From NCBI GenBank assembly GCA_951406725.2, contig OX597826.1, positions 11,284,001-11,348,000 of the forward strand: a stretch of DNA of 64,000 nucleotides, in the 5' to 3' direction. The DNA is from Octopus vulgaris (lineage: Eukaryota). A program made the translations under genes and the position numbers. Below the pieces are notes generated by a model that ran no database searches, was not told where the DNA came from, and saw nothing but the letters and a program-made list of their open reading frames with translations. Positions 27,199 to 40,099 of the stretch are shown here, in pieces (position 1 is the stretch's first letter; every line of letters starts with the position of its first letter).

Positions 27199-28069
27199 AT
27201 TTTTATAAATGAATATTATTAGGAATAGTATAAACAAAATCGTTAAAATATTTTGTGTTGTAGAAGTACAACCAAGTTATTGCACATAAATTTTAACGAC
27301 AAAATGTTATATAGAGCCTCAAGTGTCATACGGACTCTAGTTGTGGACCACTGCTGTAGCGGTAGAGCGTCAGATGAATGTATTTTAGCATATAGTCTAT
27401 CTCTTTGTGTTTTCAGTTCAAATCGTACCAAGGTCAGCTTCGTTTCTCAATCTTCTTAGGTTGATAAACAAAGTACTAATCAATGTTATTGTGAAGGTAC
27501 ATGACCTAGTGGCTAAGGTGTTGACTTCACGATTATAAGATCTTGGTTTCACTTCCCAGACTAGGTAGTGTAACGTGTTCTTGCATACCCACCCCAAAAA
27601 AAAAAACTGCTTTTCAAGTTGCTCCAGTTCACTAAACTGTAAATGTGTTCCAGCAAGGGGCGGGAAATTAATCCTTCAACGAACAGACGTCCCGTTGAGG
27701 GGTGGGGAATGTCGTTATCTCAATCACATACACGCCATGGAAACCGTGTGAAGCTCTGGCTTTATGAGCCTGAGGGATCAGGTCAGACTAAAACCGTGCA
27801 ACTGGCTGCGGAATCACTAGAGCACCGGACCTTTCAGTATTTGTTCCGGCCCTTTATGTTCTGATTTCATATCCCACCGGGTGGCAAACTTGATCCTGTT
27901 TTTTTGCTGATTTTTTAAGAGTCTGCTCTGTTGCAAGCATTTGGGCCAGGTTCCAACTTAGAGATAATTTGCTCCCTCCCTCTTTTCGTCCCACCAGTTT
28001 TTGAAGCCGTAAAAGTGTCATGGGCAATGCCTTTCTCTCCTGACAAAGAAGTGACCATGTAGTGGCTCT

Positions 28070-28390
28070 GTGGAGGCGCAATGGCCCAGTGGTTAGGGCA
28101 GCGGACTCGCGGTCGGAGGATCGCGGTTTCGATTCCCAGACCGGGTGTTGTGTGTGTTTATTGAGCGAAAACAGCTAAAAGCTCCACGAGGCTCCGACTG
28201 GGGGTGGTGGTGACCCCTGTTGTACTCTTTCGCCACAACTTGTTCTCACTCTCTCTTCCTGTTTCTTGAGTAACGCTGCGATGAACTGGCGTCCCGTCCA
28301 GCTAGGCGGGGTGGGGGCACACATACGCCACAGAAACGGGGAAATCGGGCCCATGGGCCTGGCTAGGCTCGAAAAGGGGGACGTTTATCG
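28070..28390 (+). mobile_element. SINE family A head with family D (V-like) tail
   Basis: Family A head and body, then GAGTAACGCTGCGATGAACTGGCGTCCCGTCCAGCT as in family D. Confidence 0.8.
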
Positions 28391-29733
28391 TTTTTTTTAT
28401 ATATAGAGGCTCTATCATCAGGTCTGTGTTTAGTCGATCGGCGGTCCGGTTTCGAATTGTGGCTGGACTAATTCAGTTTCACTTCTACTTTTCTATTGAG
28501 TGTCTATTGAAAATTCATCGTATACAATTCTTTCACTTCAACAAAATGTGACCCCTTATCTTTAAATAAGGACGTCCGTATATAACATTACAAAATAACA
28601 CACGGAAGATGACGGGCAAGTGACAAGAAAACCTATCATCGTCATTTCTGAAAGTTATTTCACGAGGTACATGGGGAATCCTCGGTCACTTTCGACGATC
28701 ACTATTCAATTGCTCAACCCGTTGCATTCCTTTTCTTGAAATTAACCTGTAAGTGCCTGAGTTTTCCAGAGATATGTGTAACCTAACGTAATTCTCACAC
28801 CGAATCAGCTTGGAACAATATAATAAAACGGCAGTTGATTTACAAATAGATTTCAAAGAGAAAGATCGAAGAATTTTACCTCATACTGGACTGGTGCCTT
28901 ATTATTTATCAACTACGATGAACAGTAAGATTGATGTCGGCTGGATTTGAATTCAAGGCATAGAGAACCTAAACTGAATACCACTACAGAGTATACAGCT
29001 AGTCCTAACCATTCCGATAATTCATCGTGTTTCTAAATACCCATTATAAGACGCACATTTCTTCCTAAAAATGCGCCATAAAACCAGACTGCGTCCGTTT
29101 ATGGCTTACGTTATAAGCAAATAGGAACTAAGGAAAAAGCTTGTTGAAATTGTAAGCGCGTTTAAAATTGTCATGCTCTTTACAAGCCATGATATACAGT
29201 ATATATACCTACATACATACATACATACATACAAACAAAGATACATACATACATACATACATATATACAAACATACATCCATACATACAAACATACATAC
29301 ATACAAACATACATACATGCATACATACATACATACATACATACATACATACATACATACATGCATACATACATACAAAGATATATATCTAGATCGAAGA
29401 CCACGATTAATGCTTTTATTCTTTAAAATTCAAATATTCTTCTATGTTTGCCAAAGTAGGTAATTCATTATTGCAAGCAGCAGTCGGTAAAGTATGTAAT
29501 TGTGTTGTTAAGATCACAGATGTTGAATATATCGCTAATAACAATTTCAATTATGTAAATAGTTTGAATTATGTAAATACAATTTTCCTTATCTAGGACT
29601 GAAAATACTCATGAATTATGGGGGAGGAAACAGAAAGTTGAGTATGTAATGATTTTCAGATATAAAGGCTTATAAATACAGACGTATATATATATATATA
29701 GATGCGTGTGTGTATGTGTGCATATACATATGC

Positions 29734-29788
<55 letters not shown>

Positions 29789-29797
29789 GTATATATA

Positions 29798-29828
<31 letters not shown>

Positions 29829-29923
29829 GTGTGTGTATGTATGTATATATATATATACAAAAATATGCATATAAACAAATCTATATACTTACATATATAT
29901 GTGTATACAGATACATATATATA

Positions 29924-29973
<50 letters not shown>

Positions 29974-29977
29974 TATA

Positions 29978-30008
<31 letters not shown>

Positions 30009-30872
30009 GTAGGTATATATATATGGATGTATATATATGGATATATATGGATGTATTCATGCATATTCACAGATGTGTATTCTCTTAGATTTCTTTTACT
30101 CTTTTTGTAGTTACAGTTTTTGACTGCGGTCATTCTGGGGCAAAACCCTCAAAAGGTTCTGTCGATTATGTGAACCCCAGTACTTAGTCCAATCTGGCAC
30201 TTATTTTATCGACTTCGTAATAGAAGAATGGTGAAGTAGATCGCGACATGTTACAAGGTATTCTTTGTTCAATGCATCGATTTTGTTGCTTTAAATGCCA
30301 GCCGACACAGAACATACATTTAGGGATTACTTACAATGTTGTTAATCCCCATATGTGTTTTTTCTCCAGTTTTCCTTTGTTTTTCATTGTTAAATGCAAA
30401 GTTATATTGCTTTGCAATCGTAACATATATAAAGCGCGCACCAGAAGATAAAGAAAAAAAACTAGAATAACAGAATAAAAGAAATAACATATTCCTTAAA
30501 CGTAGCATACACAGTCATGTAGATACTGGATCATATGGACTCTGAAATGAAAACCAGTCAGAAAATAAGGCCGCAGAAGTAGCGGGAAATAATAGCACCA
30601 TTTTTAGGGATTTATTGAGGTGAAAAATAAAATTGACAAAACAAATTTGTTCATCAGGCAAGAAGCATATACATTCAATTAGAGATATTAGATCACATGC
30701 CGTCAGTTTGGACTCCCAAAATGAGAAGACTTAACGGGATCACAAGCCTGCTAAAGTAGTAGAAAATAAAGATAGCAACATTCGTTTGGACATTTGCAGT
30801 TCAAACAGGTCGAGATATTCAGGCCAAAAGACCAGATATTGTGGTAAAAGATCACATTGATATAATATGCTA

Positions 30873-30917
<45 letters not shown>

Positions 30918-30919
<2 letters not shown>

Positions 30920-32154
30920 CTTTTTGATAGGATTATACCTAGTTTTCCCTAATGTATTTTCTGGTGATTTTAGCATCTGACCCCGAAACCCCTAACTGTG
31001 TTATCTCTTTAGATTCTCTTTAAATTCATAGCTGATTTCAACAGCAATAAATTAGCTATTTTAACTGGTCAAAGAATAATATTCTCCTCTAATTCCTAGA
31101 TGCCTGTAAACTAAAACCAGACTTGTCGTCTACTAATTCTTCTGTATAACTAGAACCCTTTTATCTTTTTCTTTCTTCTTTCTTCTTTTTCTTTTTTCTT
31201 CTTTTTCTTTTTTCCTTCCTTCCCTATTTCTTTCTCTTTTCTCTTTTTCTTTTTCTTCTTCTTATTCTCTTTTTCCTTTTCTCTTCTCTTTGAGTCCCCC
31301 TTTCCCCCCCTTTTTTTGCTCCCTCCTCTTTTATTTTCTCTCTTTTATTTTCTCTCTTTTCTTCTATGCCCCTCCCTTTTCTATTCTATACAGCTCTAGT
31401 AAGCCCTTCAGCCTTTAAAAGTTAAATAGCTACAGCCTCTTGTAAATAGCAGTAATGTGATTAATGTGGCAAATACCTAATCATATAGCAAGAATTGATA
31501 CCTACCTCATTGTGTTCAACCATTGATAAATTTATCGCCTGTGAATATGAAATTCCTTGAAATTTACACCTACACCATTGGAAATTGTGCATCTATACAA
31601 AGGATTAATTCACCCTCTCTGTAATGCTAATAAGCAGGAATTGAAACCCACCTCGTTGTAATTAACAATGGATAAATTTGCCTTCTGTGAGTATGTAATC
31701 CCTCATCATATCTCTGGAAATTCATATGTGCACTATGGATTGGGTCACCTTCTCTGTGATGCTATTAAGACTTTTTTTTTAAATTCTGTGATAAGACTGT
31801 ACATCATCTTTAAAGAACTTTAATGAACTTTTGAAATCTGTTTATGTTACTTAATTATCTACATTACTTCATGAGTATAGCCTCAACCACTAGGATGTCT
31901 AGAGAACTCACATGTATTTTAGCTGATGAGTACGGGACACGTTTATATGCTGTAATTTTTGCAACTTTTAATAAAACCTGTCCTTGTATGAAACGATTGT
32001 ACTAAAAACCTATCCATTCTTGTTGCTTCATTCTCGCTTATAATCACCCCACATTACTGTATTGTTAAATCAGTATAGTTTTTTTTGGTGCATCTAAGTT
32101 AGGTACCATATTCAAGTAAATTCATTTAAATTAACTTGAATCTTTATTGCTTTT

Positions 32155-32160
<6 letters not shown>
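30918..32160 (+). mobile_element. 1.2-kb (TA)n-flanked insert ending in a hammerhead-bearing segment; probable Penelope-like element 3' remnant
   Basis: Bounded by (TA)n on both sides and interrupts a Dong/R4 fragment. Contains a polypyrimidine tract, two diverged ~146-bp tandem units (about 31491 and 31638) and the canonical hammerhead. No intact RT or GIY-YIG ORF seen. Confidence 0.5.
31917..32007 (+). ncRNA. Type I hammerhead ribozyme motif (canonical core)
   Basis: Stem I TTTTAG/CTAAAA; core CTGATGA; long stem II GTACGGGACA...TGTCCTTGTAT; GAAA; stem III region ACGATTGT, self-complementary with G-U pairs; cleavage triplet GUA, predicted cut after 32001. Confidence 0.8.
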
Positions 32161-32198
<38 letters not shown>

Positions 32199-32316
32199 CC
32201 GTGTACACTGCAACACCTCTGTGGAAACATTTGAAAGGTTAAGTAAATGCAATGACTTTAAAATAAGGGTTTCAAAAATGTGTTGTCGGAATTTTAAGGA
32301 TAATATCCTTTCTATT

Positions 32317-32628
32317 GTGGAGGTGCAATGGCCCAGTGGTTAGGGCAGCGGACTCGCGGTCGTAGGATCGCGGTTTTGATTCCCAGACCGGGCGTTGTGA
32401 GTGTTTATTGAGCGAAGACACCTAAAGCTCCACGAGGCTCCGACAGGGGGTGGTAGCGATCCCTGCTGTACTCTTTCACCACAACTTTCTCTCATTCTTT
32501 ATTCCGTTGGCTTGTTCGCTTAGCCAGCGGGCTGACGTCATTTGAAGGCTAAAACAATGCGAAGCGCATTGCGACCAGCGATGTGTAACAACATCTGATA
32601 GCCTGGTTGGTCACGGTGATCACGGTGA
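32317..32628 (+). mobile_element. Full-length SINE family A with 10-bp TSD CCTTTCTATT, inserted in a family C copy (minus, to about 32812)
   Basis: Direct repeat at 32307-32316 and 32630-32639. Confidence 0.9.
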
Positions 32629-33177
32629 ACCTTTCTATTATAGGCTCAAGGTCTGAAATTTGTTGGCAGAAGGTAAGTTGATAACATCGATACGGTAAGG
32701 ATGAAAGGCAAAGAGACAACCACAGCGGAACTTGAACTCACAACGTATGAATGGACGAAATGCCTCTAAGAACTCTCTTAATCGTGCTAACGATTCTGCC
32801 TGCTTGCCACCTTAGCTTTGAGGATAGTTTCAAATGGCGCTCTTAAATATTATGATCAAATATCAAGAAACCTATAAGTATCAGAACTACAAAGATTTAT
32901 TTCAGGGGCGCAGTCTGCCTTCAATGAAAAACACTGTATACCTGAAGATATTTGAATCGTTTAAAATCTTTCAAAATCGCAAATATTACAACAAGCTTTT
33001 AACGAAATCTTGATCCTCAGTGTTTGGTTTCCTTCGTCAGAAATATGCCATTACTACTCACAAGTAACACCCACAGTAAAATGTCTAACTTGTTCCTTGA
33101 CATCTCTGGGTGCGACCTGGAAATGTTTGTATAAAACAATGCAGCAACAACAATGAAAGGCGTAATAATAATAATAA

Positions 33178-33393
33178 TCCTTTCTACTGAAGCCAAAAGG
33201 CCTGGAATTTGAAGGAAGTGGGGTTAATCGAGTACATCGACCCCAGTACTCAACTGGTACTTAATTTATCCACCCCAAAAGGTTGAAATGCAAAGTCGAC
33301 ATCGGTGGAATTTGAACTCAGAACGTAATGACGTACAAAATACTGCCAAGCATTTCGACCGGCGTCCTAACGATTCTGCCAGCTCACCACCTT
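33178..33393 (-). mobile_element. SINE family C (short tail) in (AAT)n
   Basis: Reverse-strand match to family C. Confidence 0.8.
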
Positions 33394-33395
33394 AC

Positions 33396-33451
<56 letters not shown>

Positions 33452-33452
<1 letters not shown>

Positions 33453-34010
33453 GATGCCCTGATGCAGTACCAGGCAGTGGTTCTCATGGCTTCTGATCTT
33501 AACTGATTGGAAGTGTTATCATGTACATTGTTTTGTCTTGGTATAAAAGATGGGCTACAGCAAATATTCTGCTCAATACCACAGATTTGCTTGTCAGTTG
33601 TTTGACCTTAACCAGTTGAGCATGTCCCTTAGTGGCTGACGATATGTGCATCTCTGATCATGGGCAGAAGTAGTGGGGGAGCATCATAGCCATGTGTTGA
33701 GAGGGATTCTTTGGGGTTTGAATAATTTCCCTCTGGAAACATGGCCGTTTCGTTCAGCATCCTTAAACAACCCTTATTCAGGGACCTTTTGAGAGGAATG
33801 GGCTACTCGCTCTGAAGAAAATTCTAATTGGGCCCTAACTGTAAGGTCATGTGCTGTTTATCTTGATATGAGATCACCATGTCTCGGACATATTATTGTG
33901 ATGCATGTGCCTGGTGTACCCTTATCAGACAGGTAGTTATGATGGGTATACTGGGCTTCGTATATTTTACCCCAGTGTCACTTTGATGGTATGCACTGCT
34001 CTCTCACTCA
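33452..34010 (+). mobile_element. About 560-bp non-coding retro-insert within an (AAT)n tract
   Basis: Unique, more GC-balanced block flanked by (AAT)n on both sides. Its 3' terminus ACTGCTCTCTCACTCA-(ATA)n recurs alone at 13110-13125 in another (AAT)n tract. Confidence 0.55.
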
Positions 34011-34747
34011 ATAATAATAATCTTATTCGATAAGAACTGATATAGATGTAGTTTGGTTGGTTGGATGTTTCTCCAGTCACTCTTTACATAGAATAGAGAG
34101 AGGGATGAAAGAGAAGGTGGGTAAAAGAGAAGCAGAGAGAAAAAATAAGAGGTGGAGAAGAAGTGCGCATACTAGGCTTAGTGGTAGGTAACGAGTTGAT
34201 CACTTCAATGCCCGTCTCAAAACATGTTTGTTCCCGCATTCAGTGGCAGACTCTTGCCGCCAAAAGCGAATGCACTTCAATGGAGATAATGCTAACAGTA
34301 AGCTTGTCTTGATACGACACGCTATTGATAAGACTCAGTTGGACTTAAATGCATCTAGCGTTCTCTCTAGCTGTTGGTGGTGCGATTTTCGTCTCCCTCA
34401 GATATATATTATGTTTTAAACAAAGCACGTCCATAAGAGTTGTTATCTTGGGGCGAATATCGCAGTATCTTACCTTTCAAACTCTCAATGATGTATTTAC
34501 ATAACGGATAACACATGGATAACTATATATGATACTATATAACTATATATATGCATATATGTATATGTAAGTATATATATGTATATATTCGAATATATTT
34601 ATTTGTCGTTGCTTTCTTTATTATGTCATCACAAGTATATATTTTATTTTTATCCCTTCATATTATTAATTTTATATGAATGTTTACAGACATAAGTTAC
34701 GTGAGAATTTAGTTTTTGTAAATTTTAATTTTTTTTAAATTTAAAAT

Positions 34748-35093
34748 TTTTTTATTTTTTTATTTGAATTAAATTATGGCTTGCACAGTAAGGTCCGGCG
34801 AATCTGTTTACATATACGAATACTTATCTGTTAAAATTAAAATATAGTATTTAGTATCGAACTATTATTAAGTTATTTAGAGGCCTGATGATTGGGGTCA
34901 CATCTTAAGAAAGGTTCCTGTAAAACACTGCGTGTTTAAGGAACCGTAAAAGAACCTCAAGAAACACACGTAGAGCAGAGATATGAGTAGTAAGTAATAA
35001 ATTAAAAGTCTTTTATATGGTGTAATGATGGGGACTACTATCTCTAAATAATACCCACACACACACACACTCACATACACACACACACACACA

Positions 35094-35134
<41 letters not shown>

Positions 35135-35139
35135 ACACA

Positions 35140-35195
<56 letters not shown>

Positions 35196-35553
35196 CGTAC
35201 ATTGCTATATTTCGGAATGGTCATATTGCCAGTTTAGCCAATAAAAACACACGCACTATATATTTGGTGTTATTTTGCTTCAGTGTTATTTATTTTTTAC
35301 ATTAATCTTAATCTTATTTCGGCCAAGAAACGTGAGTTTCTTGAGGTTCTTTTACGGTTCCTTAAACACGCAGTGTTTTGCAGGAACCTTTCTTAAAATG
35401 TAACCCCAATCATCAGGCCTCTAAATAACTTTATCATAGTTTGATACCAAATACTATATTTTAATTTTAACAGATAAGTATTCGTATGTGTAAATAGATT
35501 CGCCGGACCTTACTGTGCAAGCCATTATTTAATTCAAATAAAAAAATAAAAAA
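34748..35553. repeat. About 224-bp imperfect inverted repeat (arms about 34748-34971 and 35330-35553)
   Basis: Arms are reverse complements with scattered mismatches. Each carries CTGATGA-TTGGGG...CCTCAA-GAAAC. The spacer contains (CA)n/(TA)n. Confidence 0.9.
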
Positions 35554-35614
35554 TAAAAAAAATAAAAATCTTGCACAACAAATATATAAACGTATATACG
35601 TACATATGTATATA

Positions 35615-35680
<66 letters not shown>

Positions 35681-36346
35681 GAAATGAGGTGTTCAGAAAT
35701 TCGGATGGTTTTATATTTACAGATATTTATTTGTATATTACATGTTTTTATACATCGTATAACTTAGATCATATATTACCGCTTTCTCCCATTCCAGTGG
35801 GGTTTTCAAATCGAACTAAGTTCCTGTGAAAAAAGTTTTGACTATTTTATAGTGTTATACGCATTTTATAGCATATCGTATAGAATACCATCACTAAAGA
35901 AGAATCTTCCTTTGCTATTTTCAATGCTGTTCATGGTGTCGTATGCTTATGGACATCTAACAAGCGAGGTTTATTTTACTCACAAACGGAAACAAGGCTT
36001 AAATATCATTGTTGATTTTTTCGAAAGATTTCTTGTACAACCGTCATCTGTTCGTGTATAATTGGCAGCCACAATTAACTAATTATTAAGAGCCTAAAAG
36101 TCTAAGAGGTTTCTGTGTGGGATTTTCTTTTGAGTGCATAAAATGTTGCACAGCACAGAAGCCACTTTCAGGATAATGAGCTATACAAAGCAATGATACA
36201 AAAGAGGATGAGACTACCAGAGAGCAAGTTCTAAGAATTAAGAATTAAGGGTCTTTAACAGGTGCTACTATCCCAGGTCAGAAGAGACCTTGGAAAATAG
36301 TGGGTACGCGGTGGCTCCATATTTCCCCCGAAAAACTAGTTTTCCC

Positions 36347-36652
36347 GAATCGACCCCGAAAGGATGAAAGGCAAAGTCGACCTCGGCGGAATTTGTACTC
36401 AGAACGTAGCGGCAGACGAAATACCTATTTCTTTACTACCCACAAGGGGCTAAACACAGAGAGTACAAACAAGGACAGACAAACGGATTAAGTCGATTAT
36501 ATCGACCCTAGTGCGTAACTGGTCCTTAATTTATCGACCCCGAAAGGATGAATGGCAAAGTCGACCTCGGCGGAATTTGAACTCAGAACGTAGCGGCAGA
36601 CGAAACATCGCAAAGCATTTCACCCGGCGTGCTAACGTTTCTGCCAGCTCGC
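36347..36652 (-). mobile_element. SINE family C with partial tandem duplication
   Basis: Two successive ATCGACCCCGAAAGGATGAA..GCAAAGTCGACCTCGGCGGAATTTG units. Confidence 0.85.
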
Positions 36653-37250
36653 TGCAAACATATCTATGTGTTTGTGGACTTGTACATATTTCATGCATGT
36701 GATAACACTATATCACATCCGTCTCTTTACCCTTCTCCCTCCCTATCTTTCTATCTCACACACACACATTCACTCACTCTCTCTCCCCACTCTCTCTCTC
36801 TTTCTATCTTTCTTTCACCTACCATTCTAGCAATTAAAGTTAAAATAAATCAGTTACCCAATCATGACTAATTATATATTCATACAAATGCGATTAGCAG
36901 CTCAATTTGCATATCATATATGTTTAAGATATCGGGGTGTGTATGTGGGGGCATTCGCCTATTTTAGCGATTTTAGGAGTTTCATGTATCTTATATGGTT
37001 TTTCTACGAAATAGTTGCCTCCCCACCACATATTATTATAAATATGCAGATAAATATATCTGTATATTGACCGTCCGCCATTCACTGACAGCCACACAGA
37101 CAAATGTATATATACAGCGATAGATTTAGTGCTGCATTGATATTTGAAAAAGAGATAGGTATATTGATAGAAAAATGACAGGAAGGCAGATAGATAGAAA
37201 GCAGATATAGGTAGATAGGTAGATAGATAGATAGATAGGTAGATAGATAA

Positions 37251-37306
<56 letters not shown>

Positions 37307-37548
37307 CAATGATAGATAGAAGGATAGATAGATAGATTGATAGATAGATAAATAGATAAATATATATATAGATAGATGGATAGATAGATAAATATATAGA
37401 CAGACAGATAGATAGATAGATAGATAGATAGAAAGCAATGAAAGATAAAAAGATAAAAAACGATGGAGATGTAATGAATGGCAGAAAAAATGAGGAAACA
37501 CGAAAGTAGAAGAAAGAAAAAGAATAAGGCTGAGTAAATAAAGCAAAC

Positions 37549-37586
<38 letters not shown>

Positions 37587-38061
37587 GAGAGAGAGAGATG
37601 GATGGATGGGTAGATACGTAGTGAGTGAGTCAGTGAATGAGAGAGAGGGAGAGGGAGAAAGAGAGAGAAAGAGAGAGAGAGAGAAGTGGAGAAGAGGAAT
37701 GACAGAGAGGGTCTCTCAAGCAATAGGAAGTTATATAAAAGAGAATTAAAATTAAGATAGTGAAAGAAAAGACAGATATTAAGAAAGTCATCTGAAGTTA
37801 GGCGGAGGAAGGTGGAGAAAGATTAGAACATATGACAAGAGAGAGAGAGAGAGTAAAGAAATAATGGAGGAAGTGTGTATGTGTGTGTGAGTGTGTGTGT
37901 TGGCCGGGGAGTGGTGTAGGAGAGAATTGTGACAGCTGGTTAATAAAAAAATATGTATAATATATATTCAAGAGTAGCCTCATAATATTTTATAGTTAAA
38001 CGTTAAAATTAAGTTTTCTCATTTCACTAGTAAATATTGATCAAGAACTTTCTCTTTTAAT

Positions 38062-38101
<40 letters not shown>

Positions 38102-38102
38102 G

Positions 38103-38147
<45 letters not shown>

Positions 38148-38519
38148 ACACATGTACACACTTGCACAGGCACACACATTTATATGCATGTTTGTATATG
38201 TATACAAAACAGATTTGTAACGTTTTACAATGCTAATATTAAAATGAATATATATTATATTATGAATTTATAAGTGTGGCTGTGTGGTAAGAAGCTTGCT
38301 TCCCAACCACATGGCTCTGGGTTCAGTCCCACTGTGTTTCACGTTGGGCAAGTGTCTTCTACTATTGCCTTGGGACGACCAAAGCCTTGAGAGTGGAATT
38401 GGTAGACGGAATCTGAAAGAAGCCTGCTCGCAGAAACTGTGCTGAAGCCTTACTCTCACTCCTTTTCTCTCCCTCTCTCTTTCTCTCTATATGTAAATAT
38501 ATATTTGCATATGTATATT

Positions 38520-38920
38520 CTTTTCAACTCTAGGCACAAGGCCCGAAATTTTTGGGAAGGGTGCCAGTCGATTAGATCGACCCCAGTACGCAACTGGTAC
38601 TTGATTTATCGACCCCGAAAGGGATGAAGGGGAAAGACAACATCGGCGAAATTTGAACTCAGAAAGTAAAGACAGACGAAATGCCTATTTCGTTACTACC
38701 CACAAGGGGCTAAACACAGAGAGGACAAACAAGGACAAACAAACGGATTAAGTCGATTACATCGACCCCAGTGCGTAACTGGTACTTATTTATTTAATCG
38801 ACCCCGAAAGGATGAAAGGCAAAGTCAACCTCGGCGGAATTTGAACTCAGAACGTAACGACAGACGAAATACTGCAAAGCATTTCGCCCGGCGTGCTAAC
38901 GTTTCTGCCAGTTCGCCGCC
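38520..38920 (-). mobile_element. Two tandem or nested SINE family C copies
   Basis: Short-tail copy followed directly by a long-tail copy. Confidence 0.85.
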
Positions 38921-38992
38921 TGTTTACGTATGTATATTACATATACATACATAAATACATACATACATACACACACGCGCATACAGACAGAC

Positions 38993-39023
<31 letters not shown>

Positions 39024-39059
39024 ACAAACACACACACACACACACATATACTTATTTAT

Positions 39060-39641
39060 CGTGGCACTCCGTCGGTTACGACGGCGAGGGTTCTAGCTGA
39101 TCCGATCAACGTAACAGCTTGCTCGCGAAATGAGCGTGCAAGCGGCTGAGCACCTCACAGACACGTGTACTCTTAACATAGTTCTCGGGAAGATCCAGCA
39201 TGATACAGAGTGTGACAAGGCTTTCCCTTTGAAATAGAATTACAACAGAAACAGGAAGAAAGAATGAGAGAAAGCTGTGATGAAAGAGTATAGCAGGGTT
39301 CGCCACCACCCCCTGCCAGAGTATCGTAGAGCTTTTGATGTTTTCGCTCAATAAACACACACAATTCCCGATCTGGGAATCGAAACGGCAATCCTACGAC
39401 CGCGAGTCCGCTGCCCTAACCACTGGGCCATTGTGCCTCCACCAAAAGAGCGCTCCTCGGTTCCGACGACGTGACTCCCAGCTGATACGATCAACGGAAC
39501 AGCTTCCTCGTGAAATTAACGTGCAAGTGGCTGTGCACCCCACAGACACGTGTACACTCACAACGCCCGATCTGGGAATCGAAACCGCGATCCCATGACC
39601 ACGAGTCTGCTGCCCTAACTACTGGGCCATTACGCCTCCAC
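39060..39641 (-). mobile_element. Two adjacent SINE family A copies with a third tail type (39060-39441; internally deleted 39452-39641)
   Basis: Both have the A head and a tail with GTACACGTGTCTGTG...TTGCACG...CTGTT.CGTTGATCG. Confidence 0.8.
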
Positions 39642-39699
39642 TTATATACATATATAAATATACCCATATACATATATATATACATATATATGATTATAT

Positions 39700-40099
39700 T
39701 GAGTGGCTGTGTGGTAAGTAGCTTGCTAACCAACCACATGGTTCCGGGTTCAGTCCCACTGCGTGGCACCTTGGGCAAGTGTCTTCTACTATAGCCCCGG
39801 GCCGACCAATGCCTTGTGAGTGGATTTGGTAGACGGAAACTGAAAGAATCCCGTCTTATATATGTATATATATATATGTGTGTGTGCGTGTATGTTTGTG
39901 TGTCTGTGTTTGTCCCCCAAGCATTGCTTGACAACCGATGCTGGTGTGTTTACGTCCCCGTTACTTAGCGGTTCGGCAAAAGAGACCGATAGAATAAGTA
40001 CTGGGCTTACAAAAGAATAAGTCCCGGGGTCGAGTTGCTAGATTAAAGGCGGTGCTCCAGCATGGCCGCAGTCAAATGACTGAAACAAGTAAAAGAGTA
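39700..40099 (+). mobile_element. Full-length SINE family B
   Basis: GAGTGGCTGTGTGGTAAG...GGTTCAGTCCC...CCTTGGGCAAGTGTCTTC...GACTGAAACAAGTAAAAGAGTAA. Confidence 0.9.

Larger units (their letters stand above)
30690..33177 (+). pseudogene. Fragmented 3' end of an R4/Dong-clade LINE (restriction-like endonuclease domain), in pieces at about 30690-30877, 32195-32300 and 32812-33177
   Basis: Pieces translate with frameshifts to HKPAKVVENKDSNI..WTFAVQTGRDIQAKRPDIVVKDH, NTSVETFERLSKCNDFKIRVSKM and ALRIVSNGALKYYDQISRNL*VSELQRF. These match the RPDIV, EKLSKYKDL and GALG...IQK blocks of R4/Dong RLE domains. Ends in (AAT)n. Confidence 0.7.

Noticed and set aside
28070-28145. tRNA-like sequences with A and B boxes (also at other SINE heads)
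   Set aside because: They are SINE heads continuing into repeat bodies, not tRNA genes.
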